Assembly (NCBI GenBank): GCA_963716725.1
Contig: CAVQUB010000004.1
Coordinates: forward strand, 64,001 to 128,000
Direction of reading: 5' to 3'
Origin: an uncultured delta proteobacterium
GTDB lineage: Bacteria; Myxococcota_A; Polyangia; Polyangiales; Polyangiaceae
Length of the DNA: 64,000 nt
Shown: piece by piece, positions 21,019-29,487 of the stretch
Layout of the letters: every line of letters begins with the position of its first letter
How positions within the stretch are numbered: the stretch's first letter is position 1
The notes under the pieces: generated by a model
The model's input: the letters and a program-made list of their open reading frames with translations, nothing else
The model's database searches: none
What the model was told of the DNA's origin: nothing
Made by a program: the position numbers and the translations under genes

Positions 21019-21156
21019 CCGCTGCGGGGCAGGCCTATGCCGCCGGCGAGGACGGCGTCGGCCGAGAATCCAAAGCCCTCGGGGCCTGGCGCCGGACGAT
21101 CACCGTGCTCTAGTGCCGCGCGGCCGAAGTTCGAGTGGATTCGCCCCTGAGACCTG

Positions 21157-21409
21157 CGCTCATTTGGGCTCTCACAGGAAGGGCGGAAGAGCGGAAGGAT
21201 TTGGGGTGGTCAGGCGTTAGCCTCCGCAGGCCATTTCTGAGCGCGGTCACGTTGAAGTTGACGAGCAGGCCGACGGGCAACCGCTCATTTGGGCTCTCAC
21301 AGGAAGGGCGGAAGAGCGGAAGGATTTGGGGTGGTCAGGCGTTAGCCTCCGCAGGCCATTTCTGAGCGCGGTCACGTCGAAGTTGACGAGCAGGCCGACG
21401 GGCAACCGC
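21157..21409. repeat. 125-bp tandem duplication (2 copies, 1 mismatch)
   Basis: 21157-21281 equals 21282-21406 except T21253 vs C21378; CGC microhomology at the junctions. Confidence 0.95.
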
Positions 21410-21730
21410 GAAAGGCGCAGATAGGTGATGACCTGCGCTTCGTAAATCGGGAGCAGCCGCTCGACCGCCTTGAGCTCCAGGAGGATACGATCTGGAAGCG
21501 ACCAGGTCGAGGCGATAGGCGCAGTCAAGGTGTACGCCTTTGTAGCGGATTGGTAGCGGTCGCTGCCGCTCGAACTTGAGCCGTCGTTCGGACAGCTCGG
21601 CAGATAGACAGGCCTCATATGCGGATTCCATCAGCCCTGGACCGAGATGCCGATGCACCTCGATCAGCGCACCGATCACCTCGTCCGTCCCATCCCCAAA
21701 TCTTCCGAGCTTTCGCCCTTCCTGTGCCAT
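21247..21730 (-). pseudogene. GxxExxY family protein (PD-(D/E)XK fold), +1 frameshift near 21495 and 3' duplication
   Basis: VHRHLGPGLMESAYE...YRLDL, continuing in another frame as ILLELKAVERLLPIYEAQVITYLRL...GLLVNF; the frameshift may be a sequencing error. Confidence 0.85.
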
Positions 21731-21747
21731 CCCCGTGTGGTCGGGCC

Positions 21748-22234
21748 TCACTCCGAAACAGTTGCGGCTTTCTTCGCAGAAAGTGAGGGGATTTTTCTGG
21801 ATTCGGCCCACGACTCGGGGCGGTACGACCAGCGAAAGGGTCGGTCGGTCTGCAGATACCACGCGACGTACGCGTCGATCCTCGCCGCGAGGTCGTCGGT
21901 GCTTCTACTCGAGCCGCTACGGTGTCCGAGAGAGAGAGGGCGGCCGTCCCGAGCGCGGGGCGTCCGCCAGTCTCTCGCTAGGTGCCGCGCAGTCGAAGCG
22001 CTTGCGCCAGTCGTCCACCGTGCGCACGTGCACCCCGAGGAGCCGGGCGATGTCCGTCGCAGGCACTCCGTCCGCCATCATCAACACGGCCTGCGCCCGA
22101 CGAACCAGCCGCTGCTCCGCCCTGGCGGGTCGCAACGCCTCCTCGATCCGCGCGCGCTCTTCAGCCCTCAGCGCGAGCGGAACCGTCGGACGACCACCGT
22201 GCGCTCGGCCCGCGAACGCGCTGTAGTCGATCAT
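21748..22234 (-). pseudogene. IS630 transposase remnant with the DDE core deleted
   Basis: N-terminal HTH (RAQAVLMMADG...IARLLGVHVRTVDDWRKRF...DAPRSGRP) joined to the C-terminal motif STDDLAARIDAYVAWY...PFRWSY in another frame. Confidence 0.8.
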
Positions 22235-22299
22235 GTCACCCCACTACACCGACGACACGCACACGGAAAAGAAACCAGCGAAACTTCTGCCGCGCGGCA

Positions 22300-22584
22300 C
22301 TAGTGCTTGTAGACCTTGTGCTGCGGGCGGCCCGCCAGGATCTGTTCTTTGCCCCAGTTGGTGACGGCTCGGAAGGTATCGCTCTGGATGAAATCCCGGA
22401 AGGCCTGCTCGTCGGACCACTCGCTGGTGATCAGATACGAAGCGTCATCGCTCACGTCCTTCCAGAGTGTCGAATTCGTATGACCGGACGCGGAGCGCAG
22501 GGCGCCGATCACTGAGGCGAACTTCTCTTCGAAGTCGCGCTGCTTGCCCGGCAAGACGCGATAATTCATGCCAACGGTTACCAA
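22300..22584 (-). CDS. Antibiotic biosynthesis monooxygenase (ABM) family protein
   Basis: VLPGKQRDFE...YLITSEWSDEQAF; TTG start at 22584 with AGGAGAG RBS; its TAG stop is the IS630 target site. Confidence 0.85.
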   Translation of the reverse strand: MVTVGMNYRVLPGKQRDFEEKFASVIGALRSASGHTNSTLWKDVSDDASYLITSEWSDEQAFRDFIQSDTFRAVTNWGKEQILAGRPQHKVYKH

Positions 22585-22710
22585 GGTGAAACTCTCCTGA
22601 GCGATGGACCATGCACCGGCCATTCGCCGGAGCATGCCTGAGCACCACGAATGCGGCGTCGCTGTCAATGCCGCAGGGCGCCGGGGGGGGCTGCGGCCCG
22701 TGGGCAGCCC

Positions 22711-24837
22711 TCACTCTTCGAGGTGGGCCAGCGGCGGAAGCGGCAACCGGCCGCCGCCCATGAAGGTCGCGACCAAGCCCGAGCAGCGCGCCCCGCCGCC
22801 CGCTCCTGACATCGGCAGCAACTTGGCGGTCAGCAGATCTCTTCCGGCGCGCACGCTCAGATCGGCAAGCGCCGCATCGGCGCCGTCGGCGCAGCCCGCG
22901 CCCGAGAGCACGACGGAGCGCTTGCCCTCGAGAGGCACGAAGTGCAGCACCGCACCGTCCGCGAGACGATCGAGCCGCAGGCCGTAGAGATCGCTGCGCG
23001 CCAGGAACTTCCCATCCGCCGAGATCGCGGCTTCGGCCGTGTCGTGGCTCGTGGTCGGGGCTCGGGCGATCACGCTGCCGGTCGTCGAGTCGCGAACCTC
23101 GACGCCGTGGCCGGTCGAGACGATGAGCTGGTCGTGATTCGGGCCAAAGCGCAGGAAGCGGGCGCGACCGCCGGCGATTGGGAAGCTGCGCTCGGGTTTC
23201 CAGCTCTTGGTGGACCAGATCGTGATTTCGCCCGTGACGCTCATGGCGAGCAGCTTGCCGCTCGGGCTGAACGCGGCGGCGGGGTATTGATCGGAGGTGA
23301 GCTGTCGCAAGAGCACGCCGCTGCGCGTATCGACGACATTCGCCCCTTCCTCCAGGGAAAGTGCCCAGTGGCCGCCGGGCTGCCCGAGGCGCTCGACGTA
23401 GCAACGGGCGGGCTTCTGGCCGTCGACCGCCGCGAGCGAGTTGGCGTCCCGCAGGACCGCGGTGGGATCATCGTTCCGCGCGATCGCGACGCGCTGGTCC
23501 GAAACGAAGCGCACGCAGGTTGGCATGATCGGGCCTACGGCCTCGGCGAGAGTCTCTCCCGTCGACAGGTCGATGAGCACGAGCTTGCCGCTTCCGAATG
23601 CGATCAGCGCGCGCGTTCCGCCGGGATTCAGCGCGAATTCTCCGATGTAGTCGTCGGGCGACGGCTGCAGCTCTGCGATCAGCGCGCCGGACTTCGCGCT
23701 CCAGACGCGAAGGTCGCCTCGAGCCTCGAGGATCCGATCCCCGTGCCACTGCACGACCAGGCGTCGATTGGAGACCCGGTTCGGCGGTGAGCCCCAGAGC
23801 CGCCTGAGCGGCTTCTTGGCTTTGGCGTCCCAAAGCGTCACGGAGAAGTCGAGCCCGGTCGCCCAGCGCGAGCCGTCTGAGCTCCAATCGAAGGAGTCCG
23901 GAATGAACCCCGTCCCCGGCCGCGGTGCGTCGTCCACGACCTCGTCCAAGGGCCATGCGTCTCCGACCGAGAAGCGGCGAAGGGTTCCACCGGTGTCGAA
24001 GGCCACCACCTTGCCCGTTGGGTCGAAGGCGGCGCGCCCTTGCAAGCCTTGGGTCAGGATCAGCTGGCGCCGCTCTCCCGTTTTTGCATCGAGCAGCACC
24101 GTCGGATCGCCCACCGCCAGGGTCGAGCCATCGGGGCTCACCCGCACCGATTTGTAGGGCACCGCGCCTCCAGGGGCCTTCTTCTGGGCGAAGCGCAGGG
24201 TCCCGTCAGCTTCGTAGACCGTGAGCACTCCGCTCTCATCGCTCACGGCCAGCGCGCCGCCGGGCAAGAACTCGAGCCCGCTCACCCAACCCGGCGTCTG
24301 CCAGGTCGGCAGGGTCGCGCCGGTCTCGGCGCTCCAGCGCAGGACCTTGCGCACGTAGCCCGCGGCGATCGTCTTGCCGTCGGGGCTCCAGGCGAGTGCG
24401 GCGATATTCGCGCCCGATTCTGTTTGGGCCAAGGTCCGGAATGGGGACGCATTTTTCAGATCCCAAATCACGACTCCGTGCTTGGCGGCTGCCAAGCGCT
24501 TGCTGTCCGGACTCCACGCCAGCGCGCTCGAGTGCATGCCCGCTTGGAGGAGTACGGCACGCAGGGCGCCGTCCTTGGCGTCGAAGAGCAGCGTCTCTTC
24601 GAACCCAGTCGCCAGTGCCAAGAGCCGGCCGTCGGGCGAAAACCGAAGATCGCGAAGGCGGTCCGCGCGCAGCGGTGACACGATGGCCACGGCAGGCAGA
24701 TCTCGGGGCTGGGGCGATTCGGTTGCGGCCGGCGGCGCCGGCGTTCCGGCGGTGTCGCCGCTTCGCGCTGTGACGCCGGCGTGGTTCGGACTGCACGCTG
24801 CGCTGAGGCCCAAGGCGAGCGCGATCGAAAGGCGCAT
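22711..24837 (-). CDS. WD40-repeat beta-propeller lipoprotein
   Basis: Multiple FSPDG/WSPDG...WD repeats; LSAAC lipobox. Confidence 0.85.
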   Translation of the reverse strand: MRLSIALALGLSAACSPNHAGVTARSGDTAGTPAPPAATESPQPRDLPAVAIVSPLRADRLRDLRFSPDGRLLALATGFEETLLFDAKDGALRAVLLQAGMHSSALAWSPDSKRLAAAKHGVVIWDLKNASPFRTLAQTESGANIAALAWSPDGKTIAAGYVRKVLRWSAETGATLPTWQTPGWVSGLEFLPGGALAVSDESGVLTVYEADGTLRFAQKKAPGGAVPYKSVRVSPDGSTLAVGDPTVLLDAKTGERRQLILTQGLQGRAAFDPTGKVVAFDTGGTLRRFSVGDAWPLDEVVDDAPRPGTGFIPDSFDWSSDGSRWATGLDFSVTLWDAKAKKPLRRLWGSPPNRVSNRRLVVQWHGDRILEARGDLRVWSAKSGALIAELQPSPDDYIGEFALNPGGTRALIAFGSGKLVLIDLSTGETLAEAVGPIMPTCVRFVSDQRVAIARNDDPTAVLRDANSLAAVDGQKPARCYVERLGQPGGHWALSLEEGANVVDTRSGVLLRQLTSDQYPAAAFSPSGKLLAMSVTGEITIWSTKSWKPERSFPIAGGRARFLRFGPNHDQLIVSTGHGVEVRDSTTGSVIARAPTTSHDTAEAAISADGKFLARSDLYGLRLDRLADGAVLHFVPLEGKRSVVLSGAGCADGADAALADLSVRAGRDLLTAKLLPMSGAGGGARCSGLVATFMGGGRLPLPPLAHLEE

Positions 24838-25056
24838 GGCGAGGGTCGTAGTCCGCAGGGCGAGGGGATGGAACGGGCGGCCTCATTCGGGCGTGGTGGG
24901 GGGGGTCTCCGGCGTCCATCCCGGTGCGAATCCCTCCAACACGGCTCAAGCGCGCCCTGCGGCGGCCTGCACGGAACTACTCCCCGAAGCTAGGCGCCTG
25001 CCCTATCATTCGCGGTCGTGGGGAGGTGCCGTCGGAAGTAGAGAGCACGTATCTGG

Positions 25057-25353
25057 GTGGCACCGCGGCACGAGTCCGCGCGCGCCGCGCCGGCGGCCTC
25101 ACCTCCGGCCTCACCCGCGGCGAGCGACCTCCCGCCTGCAGCGGCCTCCGCGAGCCCGACCCTGGTCGCCCACGAGCCGCCCCTCGCATCCGCAGCCTCC
25201 GCCAGCGCTACCCCGCCCCATGCTCCGTCCCCGCCACGAGCTCGGGACCCCGTCGACCGCACGCCCCGAAAGAAGCCCATCGCCGATGTTCCACCTGCTG
25301 CCTCCGCGCCTGCACCCACGAAGCCCCCGCTCGAGATCAAGCTGGAGCGCTGA
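25057..25353 (+). pseudogene. Orphan Pro/Ala-rich C-terminal tail, possible remnant of a larger gene
   Basis: Low-complexity ORF ending KPPLEIKLER directly before the PEGA/TonB gene; no recognisable N-terminal domain. Confidence 0.35.
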
Positions 25354-28246
25354 AGGCGGAGTTCTCGCGGCGCTGCTCTTGGCGGCGCTGATGACTCTTG
25401 GGCTGCCAGCCCACGCGAGTGATGTCGCGGACGAGGCTGATCTGCACTTTCAGATCGGCGCGAAGCACTACCAAGGCGGGGACTTCAGCGGAGCGCTGGA
25501 GCACTTCCTTGTTTCGAACCGCCTGGTTCCCAACAAGAACGTGCTCTTCAACATCGCGCGCTGCTACGAGCAGCTCGGCCAGTTCCCGAACGCCTGGCGT
25601 TTCTACGCGACCTCCCTCGATACCGAGACGGATCCGAAGCAGAAGAGCGCGATCCGAGACTCGCTGGGCCGCATCGCGCCCAACGTCGCCGTGATTCAGG
25701 TCGAGTCGGACCCTCCAGACGCGACCATCTACGTGGATCGGAAGGACCTCGGGCCGCGTGGTTCGGCGCCGCGGGAGCTGGGGCTCGCCCCAGGAAAGTA
25801 CACCATCATCGTCGAGCGACCAGGCTACGAGCCCGCGCAGTCGAAGGTGTTGAACGTGACGGCAGGCTCGAAGACGAGCGTGTCTCTCAAGCTCAAGAGC
25901 ATTTTCGGAAAGCTGCGCGTGGAAGGAGCCGCGGGGGCCCAGATCCGCCTCGACGATCCAAACGGGCCGGTCGTGGCCGTCGCTCCCGCGGAGATCAGCG
26001 TCGAGCCCGGCCCACACCGGGTCTTCGTGACCAAGGCAGGCTCGCGCCCCGCCGAGCTGGACGTCGACATCGGGCCCAAGAAGACCTCGACGATTCGGCC
26101 GCGGCTGGTGATCGAGACCGGGACGCTGGTGGTCTCGAGCGACTTGCGCGACGCATTGGTCGAGGTGGACGGCGAGCCCATGGGCTTCACGCCCGCGGTG
26201 GTCACCATCCCGGTCGGCTCCCACCAGATCCGAGTCTCACTCTCGGGATTTCGTCCGATTGTGCGGAGGGTGGCCATCGCCGCCAACAAGCAATCGAGCC
26301 TGATGTTGGAGCTCGCACGTGAAGCGCAGGTCACCGCCGCGAGCCGCAGCACGCAGCTGGTCGAGGAGGCTCCGTCGTCGGTGAGCATCATCACCGCCCA
26401 AGAGCTCCGAGCGATGGGTTACCCGACCATCGCCGAGGCGGTCCGAGGCGTGCGGGGGGTCTACCTGACCGACGATCGAAGCTACTTGACCTTGGGTTTC
26501 CGCGGGTTTTCACGCCCCGGCGACTACGGCAACAAGATCCTGATCCTCTACGACGGCCATCCCTTCAACGACAACATCCTCTACCAGTCGTTTCCGGGAT
26601 TCGAGGGCCGGACGGACATCGACGATGTCGAACGCATCGAGGTGGTGCGCGGTCCTGGCTCAGCACTCTACGGCACGGGCGCCGTGTTCGGCGTCGTCAA
26701 CGTGGTCACTCACGAACGCGACAAGGTGTCGAAGCTGGAAGTGGGCGCGTCGGCAGTCGAGCACAGCATGTTGCGTGGGCGCGCTCACGCCTATCAGCGG
26801 CTCGGCAAGGATTCCGGGCTCTGGCTCAGCCTGGCCGGCGCCCGCGGCGCGGGCCGAGATTTCCACTTCCCAGAATATCGAAGCGACCCATCGGGTCTGA
26901 ACGGAGAGGCCCGAGGCCTCGATGACGTCGAACTCGCGACCGTCCAAGGTCGCTTCTGGTACCGCGACCTCACCCTGCAGTGGATCTGGCATCAGCGCGA
27001 GAAGACCCTGCCGCACGCTGAGTACGACACGCTGTTCGGAGACGATCGCAATCGTTTCGTCGACCGACGTGGCTTCGTTGAAGCTCGCTTCGAACCGAAG
27101 CTCACCAGCGAGTTCCAATCCTTCACCCGGGCCCATGCCAACCTGTATGTGTTCGAGTCCGGGTCGCCCTACGATCCCGCAGACGGCGGCGTCGCGCTGG
27201 AAAAATACGTGGGACAGTGGGCCGGAATCGAGCAGCGCTTCGTGATTCAGCCCGCCCAGCCGCTGCGGCTGACGGTCGGCGGCGAAGCGCAGCGTCACTT
27301 CCGTGCGAGCCTCCGAGGCGAGGACAACGGTGGCGTGTTCTTGCCCGACGACAAGAACCCGTTCTGGGTGATGAGCGCCTACGCCATCGCTGATGTCGAG
27401 GTGTCCCCGCGCCTCGCGCTGCACGCCGGAGCCCGCTACGACTACTTCAAGTGGGAGTTCACCAGCATCCCCGAGACCTCACAGGGTTCCCTCAACCCGC
27501 GGGGCGCCATCGTTGCCAAGCCCTACTCCGGGGGAGTCACCAAGCTGATGGGCGGCAGTGCCTTTCGCGCACCCACCGTCTACGAGCTCTTCTACCAAAG
27601 CCCGGTGCAAGCACCGAGCCCGAGTCTAAAGCCCGAAACCGTCTACTCCGGGGAGCTCGAGCACACTCATCAGATCGCGCGTGCGGTCAGCGCCACTGGG
27701 GCGGTGTACGCGAACTACGTGGACAATCTGATCGTCGGTCGCGGCGGAGGCACCGAGACCGACCCGCTCTACCTGGTCAACTCGGGAGCTCCGGTCTTGG
27801 TGCTCGGCGCCGAAGCCGAGGTGCGTCGCGACTGGCGCGAGGGCTGGATGTTGGCAGGGCAGTATTCGCTCTCGCTGGCGCGCTACGTCAAGAACGACCA
27901 AGACCTGCGACAAGTGCCCAATTCTCCGCGGCATCTGGCCTCGGTAAAAGGCGCGGTGCCCATCATCGGACGATCGCTCACGGTGATGAGTCGAGCCACC
28001 CTAGAGGGCAGTCGCTACGATCGGCTGGAGACGGTGGGTGATCCGCCCCAGGGCAAGACCGACGCGGCCGTGGTCTGGGACGTCGTGTTCAGTGGCGAGA
28101 TGATGAATTCCAAAGTTCACTACAACATCGGGGCGTACAACATCGCCGACTGGCACTACTCGGCGCCGGTCAGCGGCGAGTTCCGAATGACCACCATTCC
28201 GCAACCCGGCCGCACGCTGCTCGCGAGCGTGAACGTGGAGCTCTGA
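25286..28246 (+). CDS. TonB-dependent receptor with N-terminal TPR-like and PEGA domains
   Basis: VLFNIARCYE TPR, three PEGA-like repeats, plug motifs APSSVSIIT and ERIEVVRGPGSALYG, barrel with FRAP and C-terminal GRT..ASVNVEL; start uncertain (25286-25390). Confidence 0.9.
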   Translation: MFHLLPPRLHPRSPRSRSSWSAEGGVLAALLLAALMTLGLPAHASDVADEADLHFQIGAKHYQGGDFSGALEHFLVSNRLVPNKNVLFNIARCYEQLGQFPNAWRFYATSLDTETDPKQKSAIRDSLGRIAPNVAVIQVESDPPDATIYVDRKDLGPRGSAPRELGLAPGKYTIIVERPGYEPAQSKVLNVTAGSKTSVSLKLKSIFGKLRVEGAAGAQIRLDDPNGPVVAVAPAEISVEPGPHRVFVTKAGSRPAELDVDIGPKKTSTIRPRLVIETGTLVVSSDLRDALVEVDGEPMGFTPAVVTIPVGSHQIRVSLSGFRPIVRRVAIAANKQSSLMLELAREAQVTAASRSTQLVEEAPSSVSIITAQELRAMGYPTIAEAVRGVRGVYLTDDRSYLTLGFRGFSRPGDYGNKILILYDGHPFNDNILYQSFPGFEGRTDIDDVERIEVVRGPGSALYGTGAVFGVVNVVTHERDKVSKLEVGASAVEHSMLRGRAHAYQRLGKDSGLWLSLAGARGAGRDFHFPEYRSDPSGLNGEARGLDDVELATVQGRFWYRDLTLQWIWHQREKTLPHAEYDTLFGDDRNRFVDRRGFVEARFEPKLTSEFQSFTRAHANLYVFESGSPYDPADGGVALEKYVGQWAGIEQRFVIQPAQPLRLTVGGEAQRHFRASLRGEDNGGVFLPDDKNPFWVMSAYAIADVEVSPRLALHAGARYDYFKWEFTSIPETSQGSLNPRGAIVAKPYSGGVTKLMGGSAFRAPTVYELFYQSPVQAPSPSLKPETVYSGELEHTHQIARAVSATGAVYANYVDNLIVGRGGGTETDPLYLVNSGAPVLVLGAEAEVRRDWREGWMLAGQYSLSLARYVKNDQDLRQVPNSPRHLASVKGAVPIIGRSLTVMSRATLEGSRYDRLETVGDPPQGKTDAAVVWDVVFSGEMMNSKVHYNIGAYNIADWHYSAPVSGEFRMTTIPQPGRTLLASVNVEL

Positions 28247-28249
28247 GCC

Positions 28250-28552
28250 ATGCGGAGTCGGATCGCATGGGCATTGGCATTGGCGACCTCGCTGTTCGTC
28301 TCGTTGGCGCGGGCGGAAGACGGCGGGGACGCAGCAGCTGGAGCGGCTGGCGCGGCTGGAGCGGCTGGCGCAGCTGGCGCGGCTGGCGCGGCTGGCGCGG
28401 CTGGCGCGGCCACCTCGACGCCTCCTCCCCAGCACGACCAGGGCTTCGACTGCGCGCTGGGCCGCCGGGCCACGCCCGGAGGCCTGGTGTGGCTCGGGGT
28501 GGCCGCCATCGGGCTGCTCGCGCGACGCCGACGAGCCTCGCGCGGTCGCTGA
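28250..28552 (+). CDS. Small secreted protein with MYXO-CTERM-like sorting signal
   Basis: Signal peptide ending ARA, (GAA)n linker from a 9-bp repeat, then GFDC...TM...RRRR. Confidence 0.7.
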   Translation: MRSRIAWALALATSLFVSLARAEDGGDAAAGAAGAAGAAGAAGAAGAAGAAGAATSTPPPQHDQGFDCALGRRATPGGLVWLGVAAIGLLARRRRASRGR

Positions 28553-28687
28553 GCGGAGCACGACGCGCTTCGGAGTCCGCGCTTCCCGCCGCGCCGCCCG
28601 CCCCACCCGCGCCGGCCGTCGCCCCACCTGCGAAGGTCGGATTCAGAGAGAACCAGTGGGGCTCACCGTGCTGAGCCCGGCGCTCGC

Positions 28688-29398
28688 TCAGCGCAGCGGT
28701 GGGCGGACCTTGCACCACACGCGCAAGATCAGCGTGCCGCGCTCGGTCCAAGGAGTCACGTCGACGCGATCGATCTGATCGATCGCTGCGATAGGCAGTC
28801 GGTGCATCAGCCGTTCGGCCACGAAGTCGCGTCGCGTGGTCTCGGTGGACAGCTGTCCGAGATCGTCGCCCTTGATCACGAATGTGACCAGCTCGAACAC
28901 TTCGAGCGCCTGCGCGCGCGAACGTGCGCTCAAGGGTGATGGTGAGACGTCGAGCATCGCCGTGGCCAAGGCGTCGATGGTGTCCTTGCTCACACGATCG
29001 GTCTTCAAGCCCGCGGGTGCGTTGGCCGGCGGCGCCACGCCGGGCATGGTCATTCGACCAGCGAGGGAAGGCTGCGGCGGCGGTTCGGAGTAGCCGCGGG
29101 TGCGCTGGCGGGACCGGACGCCGGTCGTGGGTTCCGAGGCCTCGTCGGCGTGGCTGATGCGGCCAGGCAGCAGCTCGGCCGTGATGGCGGCCAAGGTCTC
29201 GCGGCCCGCGGGCACCAGGTGAAATTCGAGGTCTGGGCCATCGGCTTTTGGCGCGAGATTGGTGGTGATGGCGGCGAGGGTCTCTCGCCCGGCGGGCGCG
29301 AAGCCCACCTGGATGTCCGGCGAAGAACCGGGCCGTTTGGGAGGGCCGCCTCGCGGGGGGGGACGCTTCGGGGGGCGCTTCTTCGGAGCCTGGGCCAA
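28688..29398 (-). CDS. Hypothetical protein with duplicated PAGRETLAAIT motif
   Basis: Open frame with a globular-looking C-terminal ~60 aa; TTG start at 29398 is tentative. Confidence 0.6.
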   Translation of the reverse strand: MAQAPKKRPPKRPPPRGGPPKRPGSSPDIQVGFAPAGRETLAAITTNLAPKADGPDLEFHLVPAGRETLAAITAELLPGRISHADEASEPTTGVRSRQRTRGYSEPPPQPSLAGRMTMPGVAPPANAPAGLKTDRVSKDTIDALATAMLDVSPSPLSARSRAQALEVFELVTFVIKGDDLGQLSTETTRRDFVAERLMHRLPIAAIDQIDRVDVTPWTERGTLILRVWCKVRPPLR

Positions 29399-29448
29399 GG
29401 AGAGTCGAGTATCCCACGAGATGGCGCTCGGGTGAAATCGCGGAGTTG

Positions 29449-29487
29449 CCGGGCTCGGTCCGGGCTCGGTCCGGCCTCGGTCCGGCT
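29449..29487. repeat. 11-bp tandem repeat CCGGGCTCGGT, about 3.5 copies
   Basis: Immediately after the gltD stop codon. Confidence 0.8.

Larger units (their letters stand above)
21111..22302 (-). mobile_element. Non-autonomous IS630-family element with passenger gene
   Basis: Terminal IRs TAGTGCCGCGCGGCCGAAGTT (from 21111) and reverse complement TAGTGCCGCGCGGCAGAAGTT (ending 22302), 20/21 identical; duplicated TA in a CTAG site; transposase N- and C-terminal remnants inside. Confidence 0.85.

Noticed and set aside
21157..21409. Possible CRISPR or DGR template/variable repeat pair
   Set aside because: Adjacent duplication with one mismatch; no spacers and no reverse transcriptase in the window
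24374..25285. Long N-terminal extension of the TonB receptor ORF
   Set aside because: Overlaps the WD40 gene on the opposite strand and precedes the signal peptide; a GC-rich open-frame artefact
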